Source: Raillietiella orientalis (taxonomy: Eukaryota). From it: a stretch of 64,000 bases of DNA. How positions within the stretch are numbered: position 1 is the stretch's first letter; every line of letters starts with the position of its first letter. The stretch covers positions 1,922,001 to 1,986,000 of the forward strand of contig JAYWIR010000005.1 of NCBI GenBank assembly GCA_036172245.1, given 5' to 3'. The notes under the pieces were generated by a model. The model worked only from the letters and a program-made list of their open reading frames with translations, did no database searches and was not told the DNA's origin. Positions 1 to 13,170 of this stretch are shown here, piece after piece. Position numbers and translations under genes: made by a program.

Positions 1-329
1 GAAGGCTGTTTATGGGCACCGTAAATCAGCGATCTATCGGATCCACTCTTTGTCGGGAGTGTGAAAAATGGACTGGACGTTATTCAGCGGGATGAACGAT
101 GGTTGTAACTGAGATGAGCTTGCACACGATGGTAGCAAGTGATTTGTACCGAGAGATCAGCTGCTCGGGAAGTTTCGGTGCGTACGGCGGTCTGTCCGGA
201 ACTTGCGGGCAGTCACATCCCTCGAAGGAGAGCCGCGAGGAATCCCACTTTGGGGAACGACGGGGAAGACCTGCGACATGCCGGTCATCAGCACGGAGCA
301 ATCGTCAGTCATGAAGTGGGAACAGGCAG

Positions 330-810
330 GGAAGAAGCGGGAAAGCAGCGAAAGCGTCCTGAAACAACTGTCGAAGCCACCCGAGGATACGTGTGCGGCT
401 CTTTGACTTACAAGGGCCACCCGGGAGGAAATCCAGGAAGGCTAGGGGGGAAAACGTTCTTTCCTCTTACTCTTGGGAGGGAATTCCGGAGGGAACCAAT
501 TCCTCATTCTCTCCGGAGAGACCCCAGAAGGAGGTCGCTCCATTCTTTCTCCTCCAAAGGGAACCCGCAAGGGAACCGCCGCTTGTGAAGTCCTCGCAAG
601 AGGACCCCGAAGGGACGATTCCCAATTTTTCTGAAGAGCACTTCTGGAAGAAAGGAGAGCGCTTCTTGCACTATAGAGAGGCAACCCCCGAGGGAGGAGG
701 GTTTCAACGAGCTCCATGGTACCGGGCTCCCTTTTCACCCGAGAGGCCCCTTTATTCCTGAAAGAACCCCTGATGGCCGACTTTCAGTCCTGGCCAGTTA
801 TCACTGAGGT
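330..810 (+). repeat. Copy A of a diverged ~480-bp repeat with internal degenerate ~40-bp tandem units
   Basis: Aligns by eye to the reverse complement of 4120-4612 (shared gccacccgagg..gtgtgcg, gggccacccggga, ttcctcttactct, tcctcattctctccggag, agctccatgg). Unit starts are near 461, 500, 538, 578 and 619. Boundaries are approximate. Confidence 0.8.
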
Positions 811-1231
811 CTCTGGAACACTTCTGGAACTCCCAGAATTGACCATGGCATCCTCAGAGAAAAAGAGGTGGCGGGAAGACTCCACAGCAAACGGAGGAGA
901 CAGCCAGAGGACATCATCTTTATACGGATGTCAGCCTGGCCTCGCTAACACCCTCTCACTCCAATTCCCTCCTCCTCTTTATGCTGCAAACCACATGCCG
1001 TACGTAGGAGGACCACGTCGAGGACCACACCTTCTTGGGTATGCTGAAGGAATCACGTCGTAGTCATTCCTCCTCCTTCTTCTTCTTCTTCCTCTCCTTC
1101 ACCCGTAGCTGCCAAGTCAACCACCCTGTTTCCGGCTTCCGCGTCGGAAACCTGCATTCCAACCAGAGCTATACTGCGAGGAGAAATGGAAACCCACGGC
1201 GCACCCGTTTCTGCCGAGAATCTTTCCATCC

Positions 1232-1310
1232 TTCCCCAGATGGGGATTCGAACTCGCGACGCTCAGTGCCGCGTGCGGAGACGGCAGTTACGCGGCCGTC
1301 AGTGCGGGAT
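1232..1310 (-). repeat. tRNA-like B-box remnant (possible tRNA-derived SINE head)
   Basis: The minus strand reads GTCGCGAGTTCGAATCCCCATCTGGGGA, resembling a T-arm/B box. No clear A box and no cloverleaf. Confidence 0.3.
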
Positions 1311-2040
1311 CGCCGACAAACGCAGCATTCGCGGCGCGTGCAGTTTAGTGGGGATGCAGTCGCGTTCCCAGGAGGTCTGCAGTTTCCGGGATCGGAGCGG
1401 AGACAGCAGTCCAGCGCCTCGGTGGACTCTGCCGTCGGTTGCCTCCCATCTGCAGAGAGGCCTGAAGGTGGAAACCCAGTGACGAGGGACGAGCAATGTT
1501 TTCATTAAGACGGCGGGATCCGGCAGCTGGAGCAAAAATGCCGGATCTTTTTTCATCGAAATCACATCGTTAATCTTTTCCTTCTAGGACAGTTTTGACT
1601 TCCCGATATCTCTGATGCTGCTCTTCGTGTGGGAAGCTGTTCCTTCCTTCTTACTAGAGGCGAGTGTCATCGGTGGTATTCCCTGCGGGAAAAATAGCCA
1701 GTGCTCGAGTCCGAAGTCATCCCACGACTGGCACGGAGATATGGAAGTAATTAAGATGGTAATCCGAGGGTACTATTATTATTATTTCTCTCCTCCAAGG
1801 CGGTCGCATCCACTGTAATTATCCAAATACTGAAATGATCCCTGCATTTGCTTCTGGAGTGGAGGCTCCAGACGAACTCGCGTTCCATATAGGAAGAGGG
1901 TGGTGCTCCACATACTCTAGGAAGCCGCGAGCGCTCCAAGGTGCATTTTCCCTGTCAGGATGTCCTCTTTCATACAGGGTTGCCGCATGAGAAGATATTC
2001 GGGTGGAATGCCTGTCCTCTGCGGTTTTTTCGGGATCAGA

Positions 2041-2745
2041 AGAAAGAAAGCTCGTGATTTCGCCAGAAAGAAGAGGGGGGGGGGGGGGGTGAGGGAAAAA
2101 AGGAAAAAGAAAAAGAAAAGGGGAGAAGTAAGGAAAGGGACATTTGAGCAGATAAGAAAAATCTGCCGTTTCCGCGTGGTCCGTTGCTTAATTTAAGGAG
2201 GCGAGCCGCGGCACTCAGTTCCCTGCACAACGCATCCGTTTACGAACCTTTCAACCCATATAAAGTGTAATTCGTGCGCACAGAACCAGTACGCTCACTG
2301 CTGCTGCTGCTCCCGGAGATATAAGAAACAGACTGTTCCCTATCCGCTCCCATATTGTACAGCGTAGTTCTGTGCTATCAGAGGGGAAAGCGAATCCGAA
2401 AGAGGAAAAAAAAAAAAAAAAGAGAAAAAGGAAAGCAAGAAAAGATGCAGTGAGATCTGTAGCTCGGAAATGGTTGCGCGCTGAAAGAAGTGTGGTGATT
2501 ACGACGACAACGCCGTGTGTGTGTGTGTGTGCCGTGACAGCTCGTGACACCAAGCAGTTCTGTTTCAGCCGCGGGGAAACGATCAACCAAGGGCATGCTA
2601 CCGGAAGCAAAAGAGGTAAGGCAGTTGGGGGAACGGGACGGCTAAATGCCGGACGGGGGGTTCCAAGCATAGAGATCACTTGGCATCAAACAGTGACTGG
2701 CAGGGATTCTGTGCGAGGGGGGGATTTGAGAAAGACGTGAGTTCC
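2041..2745 (+). promoter_or_regulatory. Candidate core promoter and non-coding first exon
   Basis: Purine tract with G15 (2075-2089); arthropod-type initiator TCAGTT at 2215-2220; TATAAAG at 2259-2265 with CCAGT ~29 nt downstream; A16 and (GT)8 tracts; donor-like GAG|GTAAGG (GT 2616) and AC|GTGAGT (GT 2737). Short motifs only, no transcript evidence. Confidence 0.3.
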
Positions 2746-4119
2746 GTGGCCTGCCCTGAGGCGATCCCCCATCGCTTGAAAAAAAAATCCCCACACCTCT
2801 CTCCTCACGAGAGGAGACCAGCTTCGTGCTTCAGAGTCGCGCCCCCGCAGCACCTTTGCGCCCCGAATCCACCTGGAGAGATTTTTCCCTTGGAAGTGCT
2901 CGGTTCCTCAAACCTGCAGGGCTGCCATCAGCATCGAAATGCTTCGAGACGCTAAAGCGGATCTTCCCTCCGAGTATCGACTTTCCGCGGAGCGGCGCCT
3001 GCATTGGTTGCCCCTCTCAACCTGGCCTGATGGACCTACCTTGGCTAACTCAGAGTCCTGCTGGGCGAAGTGACCATGAACCTCGAGTGCCTGCGTCTTG
3101 GAGAGACCCTCGATAGAGCCTTGCACTCGGCGAGCACCGGGCCAGCGTAAAGTCGTGCCGCATGAACTGTGCTGAGGAAATTAGGCCGTGGGTACCGGTG
3201 TTCTTTGCTTCGGAGTGTCATGTGCACTGACTGGACCTACGCTGCCCAGTCTATTCCCAGATACGCATAGTCGAGTGTAGGGAAGCTGGAATTCCGTTCC
3301 GAATGATGAGGCTGCAAGAGACGATGGGATCAAATCGAGCTTTTTTTGACGAGCCGACGGGATTCCTTCACTCAGCATCGTCGTCGCTCATCTCCGAAAA
3401 CAGAGCGAAACGTTCACGTCGCGCTCCTCCAGTGGCGATAGCCTCAGGCACGCTTCTTCGAAATGGGGCGCTGCGTGCACTTGTTAAGGGGGTTCCGTGT
3501 AATCATCCATTGAAGACTCCTTACCTGAGTCTCCAAACGATCTTGACCCTGACCAGGTGGCTCGGCGACTTGCGAAGCGACCCGCGGAGGCTAATCCGTC
3601 AGTCGTTCTTAACGTCCAGAACCGCACAACCAGCGTGGACACATCCTTGCTCGGCTTGTTGCTGGAGTGCATACACTTGCACAGGACTTCATCTGCCACA
3701 GGTGGAGGAGGAGGGCAGCGTTGCCAAATTGCCAGAAGAGAGTGTGGCTTCGACGCCTCCGCATCGTCGGTCTTTCATAAGACTGAGATGCAATTTCCCG
3801 AATCGCACATGCTGAGGACTCCATCAGTTTCCGACTCTCCGTTCTGGCACTTCGTACTCGGATGACATCCGGACACTTTCCTCCGAATGAACTCGCAAAG
3901 GAAGGTGAGGTGAGGCACTGTGTGAGGTCATTTCCTTCTTCACGTGTGAAAGCACCCACGAGAAAACGTCCGCCTAGGACGCCGTGGGGTCGCAATACCA
4001 AGCGTGCGGTTTCCAACACCCATGAGAGATCGGTGCCAGAAAATCGAGTGCGCACCGTGGGTTCCGATTGTTCCCCGCAAGATGACGGTCGTTGGCCTAC
4101 ATTCGGATGCGGCGGCACT

Positions 4120-4612
4120 GGTGCCCTCGCTGACTAGCCGTGATAGGAAGTTCATCCCCCAGGGTTCCTTCCAGGAATCACGGAACTCTTCGAGGTTCCC
4201 CTCCGGTTGTGCAAATGGAGCCATCGAGCGCCATGGAGCTGGTGGATTGATGCCTTTCCGGAGTGCGAAGAACGGAGCGGACCTTTCGGAGAAATTTGGA
4301 AGCTTCTCTTCAGGGTTCCTTTCAGAGGAGAAAACAATGAACGCATCCTTTCCGGGTTCCCTTCGGAGAAGAAATAATGGAGCGGCCCCCTCCGGGAAGG
4401 TCCCTCCGGAGAGAATGAGGAGGAGATTCCCTTCGGGTTCTTCTCCCCAGAGTAAGAGGAACGGATTCCTTCCTCTTCCACAACCCTTCCTGGATCCATA
4501 TGGTGGTTCCCTTCCCGGGTGGCCCCTGACTTGAAGGGTTACTACGCACACCCTCGGGTGGCGTGGAACAGTGCGAAAGAGCTTTGCGAGCCCCTAGGCG
4601 GGCGGTCTTCTT
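4120..4612 (-). repeat. Copy B (inverted) of the diverged ~480-bp repeat
   Basis: The reverse complement is colinear with 330-810 and shows the same ~40-bp units (ttcctcttactctggggagaagaacccgaagggaa / tcctcattctctccggagggaccttcccggagggg / ...). Confidence 0.8.
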
Positions 4613-6179
4613 GAGCACTTGGGGAACCAAAAAAAGAAGAAAACCAGAAAAGGAAAAGGAAGCTATAGAGGGGAAAACAGTGGAATAGAAAAGAGCCCCA
4701 AAGAATTTCTTCCATCATCGGTTTACCTGGATACGCTTCCAATGAGTTGCGCCGGCACCATGGGTCCTAAAGGATCCATGCTACTGGTGCTTGGAAACAT
4801 GAAAGCAACGTGCATGCTCGCTGATTAATTAAGCACGATCTTCTTGCCATGATCATTTCCCTATTTCTTCCACCGCCTATTTTCCCAATTCTGAACTCTA
4901 TTTCATCGGAGGATTTAGCGCCTACTTTGAGTAAATACCAGGGGGGAGCTGAAAATTAAAAATCCTCAAGACCTAGTGGACAGCGAGACTTCAGAAGGGA
5001 GGCTGTTCAAGAGATGGCAACATTTTTCTCATTTTTCTTTTTGCCGAAATTTCTGGCTGCGCTTGCTCGGTGAATCCAGCCGTAGTGCTTCCGTCCGCAG
5101 AGTAGGACGGAGAGTGCTGCCGTTTGTGCTTTTTTCTTCCGACCTGACAAGAGTACCGCGCGCGAGATGCTCGCAAGCGTAGCTCATGCGCCAACCTGCA
5201 TCCAGGATTGAATTCAGGAATTCAATGCTGGATTCAAAGACAGAGAAACGAATCCGCTCTTCAGAGACAAAGGGCGCTGCTGCCGTCTTCATGTGCGCTC
5301 CCGCCTTTTGAGTGCATTCCTTTCCTTTCCGAGAGTCCGTCCTTCCCCAAGACTGGGAAGCAGGAGGAGTTTCGATATGCCACCTCGTGCGTTTTCATTG
5401 ATCCGTGCGTGGGGAAGAACGCCCACCGCAATATTGGACGGTGCCCGGGGACCTCTCAGTGACCACCAAGCACTCCAATCGGCGACCTCAGTCGGCGTCT
5501 CAAATAAAGAGATTCCTCATCATGATTCGCTTAACAGATGGGAAGAGTCCAGCCAAAGATATTAGACGACACAACGCTCCCAGTTTCCAGCGCAAGAACT
5601 CACCCCTCCCAGTGTAGGACTACTGGGATTTCAAATGTGGACTCCAAGTTCGTGTGTAGAAACCTGGATTTCCTGGACTCCTTTCTTTCACGCAGAAGGC
5701 CACATCATGCCGAAAATTCATTTTAATGATGAGCTAAGCCAATTTCATAGATGAGATAATGAGCAGGAGCCATGGAATTTCCATCTTGGGCGATGAAAGA
5801 TTCTAGAAAATGCTTTCCGAAAAAATGCGTGGCGTTCCCTCAGGGGAAGCAGAAGTACCATAGGTGGAGCCTGAAGTGTGTGCGCATTATTATGCTTATT
5901 AAATTAAATTTGTGTTTCTCGACGTCCAACAGACATTTGAAAATTCAGCACTGTTACCAGGAACGTTTTTATCCTCTCTTTTTTTCTACTTCGAAATTCT
6001 AAGGACACTCCATTTGGCTTACGGCCAGTTTCACTTTTTCCTGCATCCACAGATTTGCATCCTTGCGAGTGATGGATGCATTGAGATTATGAGGATTAGG
6101 CGAGGCCAGTCCGTGAAGTGCAATCGGAGATGAGGAACGTCCCAGAACCTCTCGCATTCGAGGAGCACTTAGCGGGGTT

Positions 6180-7120
6180 ACCAACCACTCTCTACCAGCT
6201 CCACCGAGGAAACAGGGATTCCGGGTCAAGGGAGTGACTGTCCATGTTAAAGTGCAGCAAGCATCCTGGTTACGAGACGAGCATGGAAAGCGAAGGTTTC
6301 CTTCGAAAGGCAAGAAATCGAGTTTCATGGGTGAGGTGTGTGCACCCATGGACCATCGCCCAAGTGACGGTGCGTGCTTCACGTGCTGTTGACGCAATGG
6401 AACAGAATGGAGCATCTCGATACAAGAACGATTGGTATCGTCCATACCGAACAAGAGGGTGTTTATCCACCAGCTGCGCCCCAGCTCCCGAGCCTAAGGT
6501 CTGCAGTCAACTGCTTCAAGTCTTGGATTTGGAATTTCTCCCGAAAATCATTTGGTAGCTGCCGTACTGCTCGTTCTCTTTCTTCAGTTGCCAATAAAGA
6601 AATACTCTGGTATTTCGCTAGGGATTAACGAGGGGTAGTCGAAGGCATTTGGCAAATTCCGGGAGACTCGGTCAAAACTGCACGCTTCCATGTACCCCGT
6701 ATCATCCTTCCTTGTTTACTGAGACATCAGAAAACATCCCACTACGAAGAGCGTATTTTTCATCGAGTTTGTCGACCCTTGAACCGCTTCCAAAGAAACT
6801 CTTGCTGATAAAACTTAGCCAGCCTTCCACCCTTTTGTCAGCAAGAACGGTCTTTCAAAATTACTCTTAGCACACGATCAACAGCACCAATGATGGCTCT
6901 CCCAGAAATTAAACCGACTTTTCCTTGAGTGTTGGCCCCAACTCAACTGAAATCAAATGCCAATTTATAAGCATGTTACACCCTTCACGGACGGCAGCAT
7001 CAAAGCTCCAAAGACGTCATTTAGAAATTGGGGCCCATGCCCTTTCAAGAAATGCGGTGTGGTCCACAATTTTACAGACTACCAGTTTGCAGTTTACTTA
7101 TCGATATGTAGAATTTTCAT
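6180..7120 (+). mobile_element. Decayed non-LTR retrotransposon (CR1/L2-like) reverse transcriptase relic
   Basis: Ordered remnants across frames: MLKC, WYRP, KVCSQLLQVL, FGSCRTARS (cf. QFGFR..RS), LEPLPKKLLLIKL (cf. FD.VPH..LL.KL), WGPCPF (cf. LGP.LF), HNFTDYQFAVYLS (cf. H.FADD.Q.Y.S). Many stops and frameshifts. Confidence 0.45.
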
Positions 7121-8759
7121 TTTAATTTTTCTTCCGTTTCCAATTCTTATTTGAGTGCTCTATAGACTCACCGGCCCAACCGTTGGGCGAGACGGTGGAA
7201 CTGCACCAGCAAACCATGCAGTGAATGTTTGACTTGCTGTTTCCAAAAGTTCTCGAGGTCGGAAGGAGAAAACGCTGCGGGCTACAGGTCCTTCATGCAT
7301 GCTCTAACGAGACGACAGATCAGTGACGGAATCGGTAACTTCATAGAAAAATAAGAGTTGGGCATTTCATCTCCACGTTTTATCTGGTAGTTCACTTTCA
7401 TCCGTGGAAACGTCGGTTGTCGATTCATTCTTGCAGCGACTTTTTTTTCCTGTGAAACATCATGGCTGCTGGTAAAATGAAACTGGCTTTTGTAAGGTTC
7501 TTCGGTTAATAAGCTACTCAACTGAAGATCGGGAGTGCTGGTAAACCATGCTGGAAGAATAGAAAGCAGGATTTTTCCGAATTGCCGTGTTGAGATAGTT
7601 GAAATGGTCGTTAGTGGTCATCAAACATGCGGGATGAAAGTTTTCACGGGAACATTCGCCAATCTGTGCATCGGATTAAAGAGTTCGTGGTCATGAGGCA
7701 TACGAGAATAGCACAGACTCGCTCCATGGTCCACGTAGAGATTAAAAGAAAGGAAAGAATGAAAAAACAAAAAACAAAAAGGTAGACAAGAACGTGCGAA
7801 GCTCCCTACAAAAACAGAAAACCGAGGACGTCATGCTAATGGCCGGGAACATTACGAACAAAGTGGTGCGCGGGGAAGCCATCTCCAAAAAACAAAAATA
7901 GACAAAATGCCTTTCCAGGACTTGCGTTGACAGGACTGAGGAGGAGTGATACGGAATCTTCAGGAACCAAACTTCCAGGAAATTCAGGTGCTGGAGGATT
8001 CAGCAACTGCGCATCGCAAGGCAGCTGCTTGTCTGGAAGAGGTCACGCGCAAAACTGCTGACCAAGGCGGAAGAGTTTCATTTTCATTTGCCGCGTAAAC
8101 GCGAGAAGCAAAGTTCACCGGCTGCAAATGTCAGGCAGATCCGTGGATACGCAAGGTGTGTAGTGCACCACGTTGCTTCCGATTACATCCCGATTATGCT
8201 CCACGAGTGGTGGCGGCGTCCTTTCAAAATCATGCCAGAGTGCAATGAAATCCCACCCAGGCTAGAAAGTAGGGAACGTGCGGAGAGCACGTGTTCAGCT
8301 CTACTGTTTGGTTAGAAAGGTCTGCATTCCTCAGCTGCGGATATGATGGTCGGAGTGCTTTGCTGATTAGCGGTCTTCCTCTTAGATCCACCACTGGATC
8401 AGTGCTTCCGTGGAGGGTCCTTACGCTGCACCCATTCCTGAGATGGAATCCCCCTCAAATTCTTTTGGCTTCAAGTGAGCTTTATGCTTCTGCTCCTTTC
8501 TTGGGATGTCTTTGGTTGCAAGTATCGAAGCTTTTTTGTAAGTACATTCACATACATTAAATTCACGCACACGGGACTGCATTCGCAAATCGCATCCACC
8601 GTCCATGTGTTGCGTCAGCACGATCCTCGTCCATCGTCCATCTTAACCAAAAGCGAGCGGCGAGCTTGGTCGCATTTCCACTGCTTCAGTTTGGCAAACT
8701 CCCTGGAGCCAGTCTCTCGGAACTGAGCTGCGGTAACTCTTTCGCCCATCCTCAGTGTT

Positions 8760-9530
8760 GATGTGGGAGGGCGTTCCTCCAGAGGTATAACTTGGAGTTG
8801 CTGCTTTTCTGGTTTTATCTGTTCCGACTCTGTGCTTCGAGGAGGACTGTGGCTTGATGGCGCATCCTCGATTCTTCTGCATTGCTGGACTTTCGCTTGA
8901 CGTAGCTGGACGATTCTTTCATCTGTTTGGAAGATTTCGAGACCTTCTTCCAGGAGCATACGGTTACACATTCCATGAAACGCCGGCTTTTCGAATTCTG
9001 ATCTTTTTCCTACCTGAAGCAGCTGGCTTGATGAGGAAAGGGGGGTTTCCGCTGTCCACCAAGACTTTGCTTATGGTCAATTTTATTTTTCATTCTGGAG
9101 TATCACAGATTATCTGAATATTTTAGATGGACGGTGATTAAAAGTGATGATCCACTCCTCCAAATTCTCGAACTACTTCAAGTTGTGACGTTCTGAATGA
9201 TCCTTAGTTTTTCCGAAGATCTCTTGATCCACGTGCACGGAGTAAAAGACTAACTGTCGTCTGCAGCATCTTTTCGGCATTCGCAGTCCACGTCAGAGTT
9301 GTGCACAGGGCTGGTTCCCTCTGAATCGCAAATCTCGTTTCTTCGTTGACCCTGACAGTGCAGAGTCAGCTGAATTCGAAAGAACTGGAGGTGTCCAAAG
9401 CAGTTACGCCTGACCGAATTTTCCTAGTTGCATCTTTCGATAGATCTGATCCATCGGCCGGTAACATCCCAGAAAAGTCTTAAGAACTCACGGACTCCCT
9501 TTTTGAAGAAGGGAAAATGATTCCGATTCC
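8760..9530 (-). mobile_element. Very decayed LINE RT/C-terminal relic (tentative)
   Basis: Minus-strand remnants in the expected order: DLSK, TVRVNEE, AADDS, IIQN, LEEWIITFN, MECVTVCSW (cf. LEY...VW), LQVIPLEER. Spacings are shorter than normal, so the call is tentative. Confidence 0.3.
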
Positions 9531-12500
9531 GTTCCCTTCATTGTAAATTCATCCAATCACCCATGGTGCCACGATTTTCTTGTACCATCATTGTGCCATG
9601 CGCATTTTCGCCATCTGTACGCTACAACACCCTACTCTCGACCCCTCTTGCGTCGACTGCCTCCTTGAGAGATTGCATCTCGTTCACCATCTCACACATT
9701 CCTTGAGTGATGAAACGCTTTGCAGGGATATTCGCGTCGCTCTTTAGGCGTGGTTTGGTGCGAGCGTTTCTAACTTCCCTTGCTTGTGTCTTAGGTTTCA
9801 CTGGTCAGGAGGAATTCGATGACGAGACTTCTATGGCAAATCTTCAGCCATCGTACGTTCTGTGCCTTCTTCTCTTTTCCTACTGTTTCGCGCTTCGGAG
9901 TGATGAAAGTCCGCTGTTTCTGGCATGCTTTTTCATGCATCTCTTCATCTCTGGTCTGGAAGAGTGCTCTAGCCAACTCGACCGTTCGCAGTGTACAAAA
10001 CGCCAAACTCATTTTCTTCAAGATGGTCAAATTCCCGTTCGACTCCTCACTCTTCGCAGCTTCCAAAGCAGCCGACGTTAGCCGAAAATTCCCCGGAGGG
10101 AAGGGCGAAAGTGTTCCAAGAAGGCACTGATGGCGCGGTTTCAGGACCATCACCATCGCACGCGTCATCATAGCGGTGACGTCACATCCTTGTGATGAAC
10201 TGCTCGACTCCTGTGAAGGAGGCGCTTCACAGGACTGCGAAGAAGCTTCTGGAAAATACCAGTACTTGCTGAATCTCATTTGTCGCAGATTGGTACTTAG
10301 CAAAACTCCAAACTCTCTAGAGGGGAAGCAGATTTAAGCCTGAAATCCTGAATTTAGAGTGTTTTAGATATCTCTCCAGACCAAATTGCAAATCACGTTT
10401 AACGTTTCTTTCGCTCACTTCTTTTTTCGTTTCAAAAACTCTGCTTTTTCTTCGATGAAACTCTTAACTCTCTTCATCGGGACCCACTTTCGCAGCCGGC
10501 ACTCTGAGAGCTTTTTTATTCTGTCGCCGTTTATCTTTTCCTTGCAGATTTAACATCGGACATCAGATGGGAAAACTGCAGATCCATTAAGCAAAAATTA
10601 AATCCTGCATTCTTTTTGCAAACTTAAAAATGCTGCAGTCTCATGTTCTTCGAAATGGATTATTTGCATTTGAAAAGGACACAAATCGAATACTGCATAA
10701 AAAAAATAAAAAAAAAAAGGAAAAGAATTCAAAGGGAAGTTTGTGAAAAGGAAAGATGCTTTTGGGTTGTCCAAGGAAAAAAAAACTAAGGAAAAAAAAA
10801 CAGAAACAGATAAGGAATCGCTCAGTGAGTTGCGCATTTTGAGATGCAGAAAAGCGAAAGAATTCTTCTTAGTACCGACGCCTATGTCACACTGGTCACT
10901 CACACAACCATGGGGCACTTGAAAATTCCTTATGTGATCCAATCTCATCAACGAGATCTCTCTCCAGAGAAGACTGAAGCAATCCTCCTGCCAATTTTCT
11001 CAGGACATTGCGTCACAGGCTCTCGGTTACACAGATAGAACGACACTTAAATCCTTCCAGCATTATGTACTGAAGAGAGTGTTCGAATCCCTTGGTAAAA
11101 GAATGAATATTTTAGAAGGAAAGTGGAAAGGTGGGCCTCAAGAGCATGACGGAAACAAACCAGACGGATTTTTTTTTTTCTGTCTGTTCGGTAGGCCGGT
11201 GAGAGCTGAAGATTCATTGCGTTTAGAATGGAGTTTTTGACGCGAAGCAAATTTAGAAAAGAGGCGTCCGCCAAAGTAGAACTTTTCGGGGCTGATCAGC
11301 CAGAGTCTCATAATGCAACCTCCTGAACACCACTTGAGACGTACTGCCAGCTGAGATGCTGGCTTGAAATTCATACGACAACGTGTCCCTTGGAATTTGG
11401 AAAATTTTGCACTCCCGTCTCGAAAACGAGGAAGCCATTTAGGAAGGCGAACAGAGTTCGTTGTTAAAAATAACCTGGAGAAGTAAACATCCACTTTAGC
11501 GAATGGAAAGGTACCATACAAACTCCATCTTCAGTCACCTTGAGGTCAGCCATGGGGCTGCAGAGATGGTGTTCCAGCTTAGTCGGACTGTCCACGCCGT
11601 TAGCTCAGTTTAATCCGTCTCTTTCCGAACGCGCCGTCCTCTAAATATCTGATTATTTGGTGGTGGTCGTGTTGTCTTCCTTACGGTTCTCTCTGTATAT
11701 TCGAATTCGGTACCCAATTTCTGTCCGCTGAGAGGAAGAACCCGGTTCTTTCGAATCTTCTTGCGTGTCTCGTTCGACCACCACTGTCTGAAGGAGGGCA
11801 AGATTCAGGATCAGAATTCAAGAATCTTCAGCTTGGAATAAGAATTTGCTCTCCCGCAGGGCATCGGAACTGCGAGGAACAGTTCACAGGAGACTATTAG
11901 AGGTGCAGGCGGAAACCATTGCGCTCAAGAGCTGCAAAACCGAAACGGCAAACCGAAATCGGCCTCCCTAAAGATTATTCCCCCAACGAAAGGCGAATGT
12001 TAAGGCGCAGCATTAGACCTGCATCTCGAAGCAAAGGTCAGATTTGGGTATGCACGAATTGGAGCTCCCGTTTTCAACTCGACTCGTTTGCTTCTAAATA
12101 TGGTCCAGGTGGGTTTTGTCCCAAGCTCCTACTCCCGTGAAACGGGGCTTTTTCCTGCTCATCGATTTGCTCCCGTGCACGGTGGATGGCCGATGTGTGT
12201 GGGTGCTCACTCGATTCCTCAAAATAATCCCCCATTCGCTTCCTTCTCCGCAAGTATCCGCGACAAGAAAGCAAAGCAAAACACCGGAAGTTTGGGAACA
12301 GGGAAGTCCAAAAATAAACAAGCGTGCCTAAATTTGATGATCCGCAGAAGAGCGTTCCGTGGTCATAGTAACGGAAAGCAAATATATTATCTTTCAGTGC
12401 TCCTCGTGTCATACTTCAGTTTTCACAAAATGATGCTGCCGATTAATTTGTCTGAGTAATCCGATGCTTCACTTAACCATTCACTTATCTGAACACTGCA

Positions 12501-12719
12501 TTGACTGGAGCTACCAGGCAATATCGGTTGGTGCACTCGTGTGGGAAGCACAATCTTTTTGCGTTTTTGGTAAGCACAGACAAAAAAAAAATCAAGAAAC
12601 ACATGGCATTTCCTTTCTTCTGTGCTCAGCTTCCTAGGGAAGCTTCAGAAAACGGTTCTTCTTTGTAACAGACTGTAATTTGTCGCGTTTCCTTTTATTA
12701 GATTGTTTCATTAATCATT

Positions 12720-13170
12720 TGATCCTGTCACTGCCATGTGATAGAATCTCTGGTATACTGTAGAAGGTTAAGAATTTGTATATCAGATGTTCCAGTACAT
12801 AAGGGAACATCTGGCGATGCGGTTACGCTTCTGCTGCACTTCCTTAAATACCGGGAGGCCAAAATCTTCTGGAACGGCCGACGGAGTTGAATCCAAATTT
12901 CAGGACGCGGAAATCGTGGAGTGCCACTGAGCAAGAAGAGTCCACCTCATTCCTGCTTCCCTCGTCAATGATTTGCGCGAAAGCAACTTTATCCATTCAT
13001 TATCCATCATCCAAAATTGCTTTTAATCTCTGTCTGTGTGCACGTGGACGGAAATGTATCAAAACTGGTCCGGGAACCGCAGTCGACTGTACTCCATCGA
13101 CCGACTACACTTCCAAAACGAAATTTCCATAAACACTCTTCCAATCGATTCGACTTGGCGTTGCCCAGAA
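12720..13170 (+). mobile_element. Decayed CR1/L2-like LINE RT relic
   Basis: GTSGDAVTLLLHFLKYR (cf. GI.G..L.WI..FL..R), GVP at 12918-12926, LVNDL at 12961-12975, IIQNC..L..CTW, then LGV near 13155. Confidence 0.5.

Noticed and set aside
461..660. CRISPR-like regular spacing
   Set aside because: The units are degenerate tandem copies without identical repeats or unique spacers, in a eukaryotic context.
1232..1310. Functional tRNA gene
   Set aside because: Only a B-box/T-loop-like motif is present; no acceptor stem, D arm or anticodon arm could be folded.
1517..1553. 9-bp hairpin plus T6 resembling a bacterial intrinsic terminator
   Set aside because: The context is eukaryotic with no upstream prokaryote-like gene, and no CTRR lies close enough for a Helitron 3' end. 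Probably chance.
3940..4551. ORFs with GHPGRE and ANGAIER resembling LTR integrase motifs
   Set aside because: The two motifs are on opposite strands, and the frame is not conserved with the paralogous copy at 330-810.
5999..6454. Minus-strand FLGGAGREWLVTPL resembling a PIF/Harbinger nuclease motif
   Set aside because: No other DDE motifs are present, and the opposite strand is better explained as a LINE RT relic.
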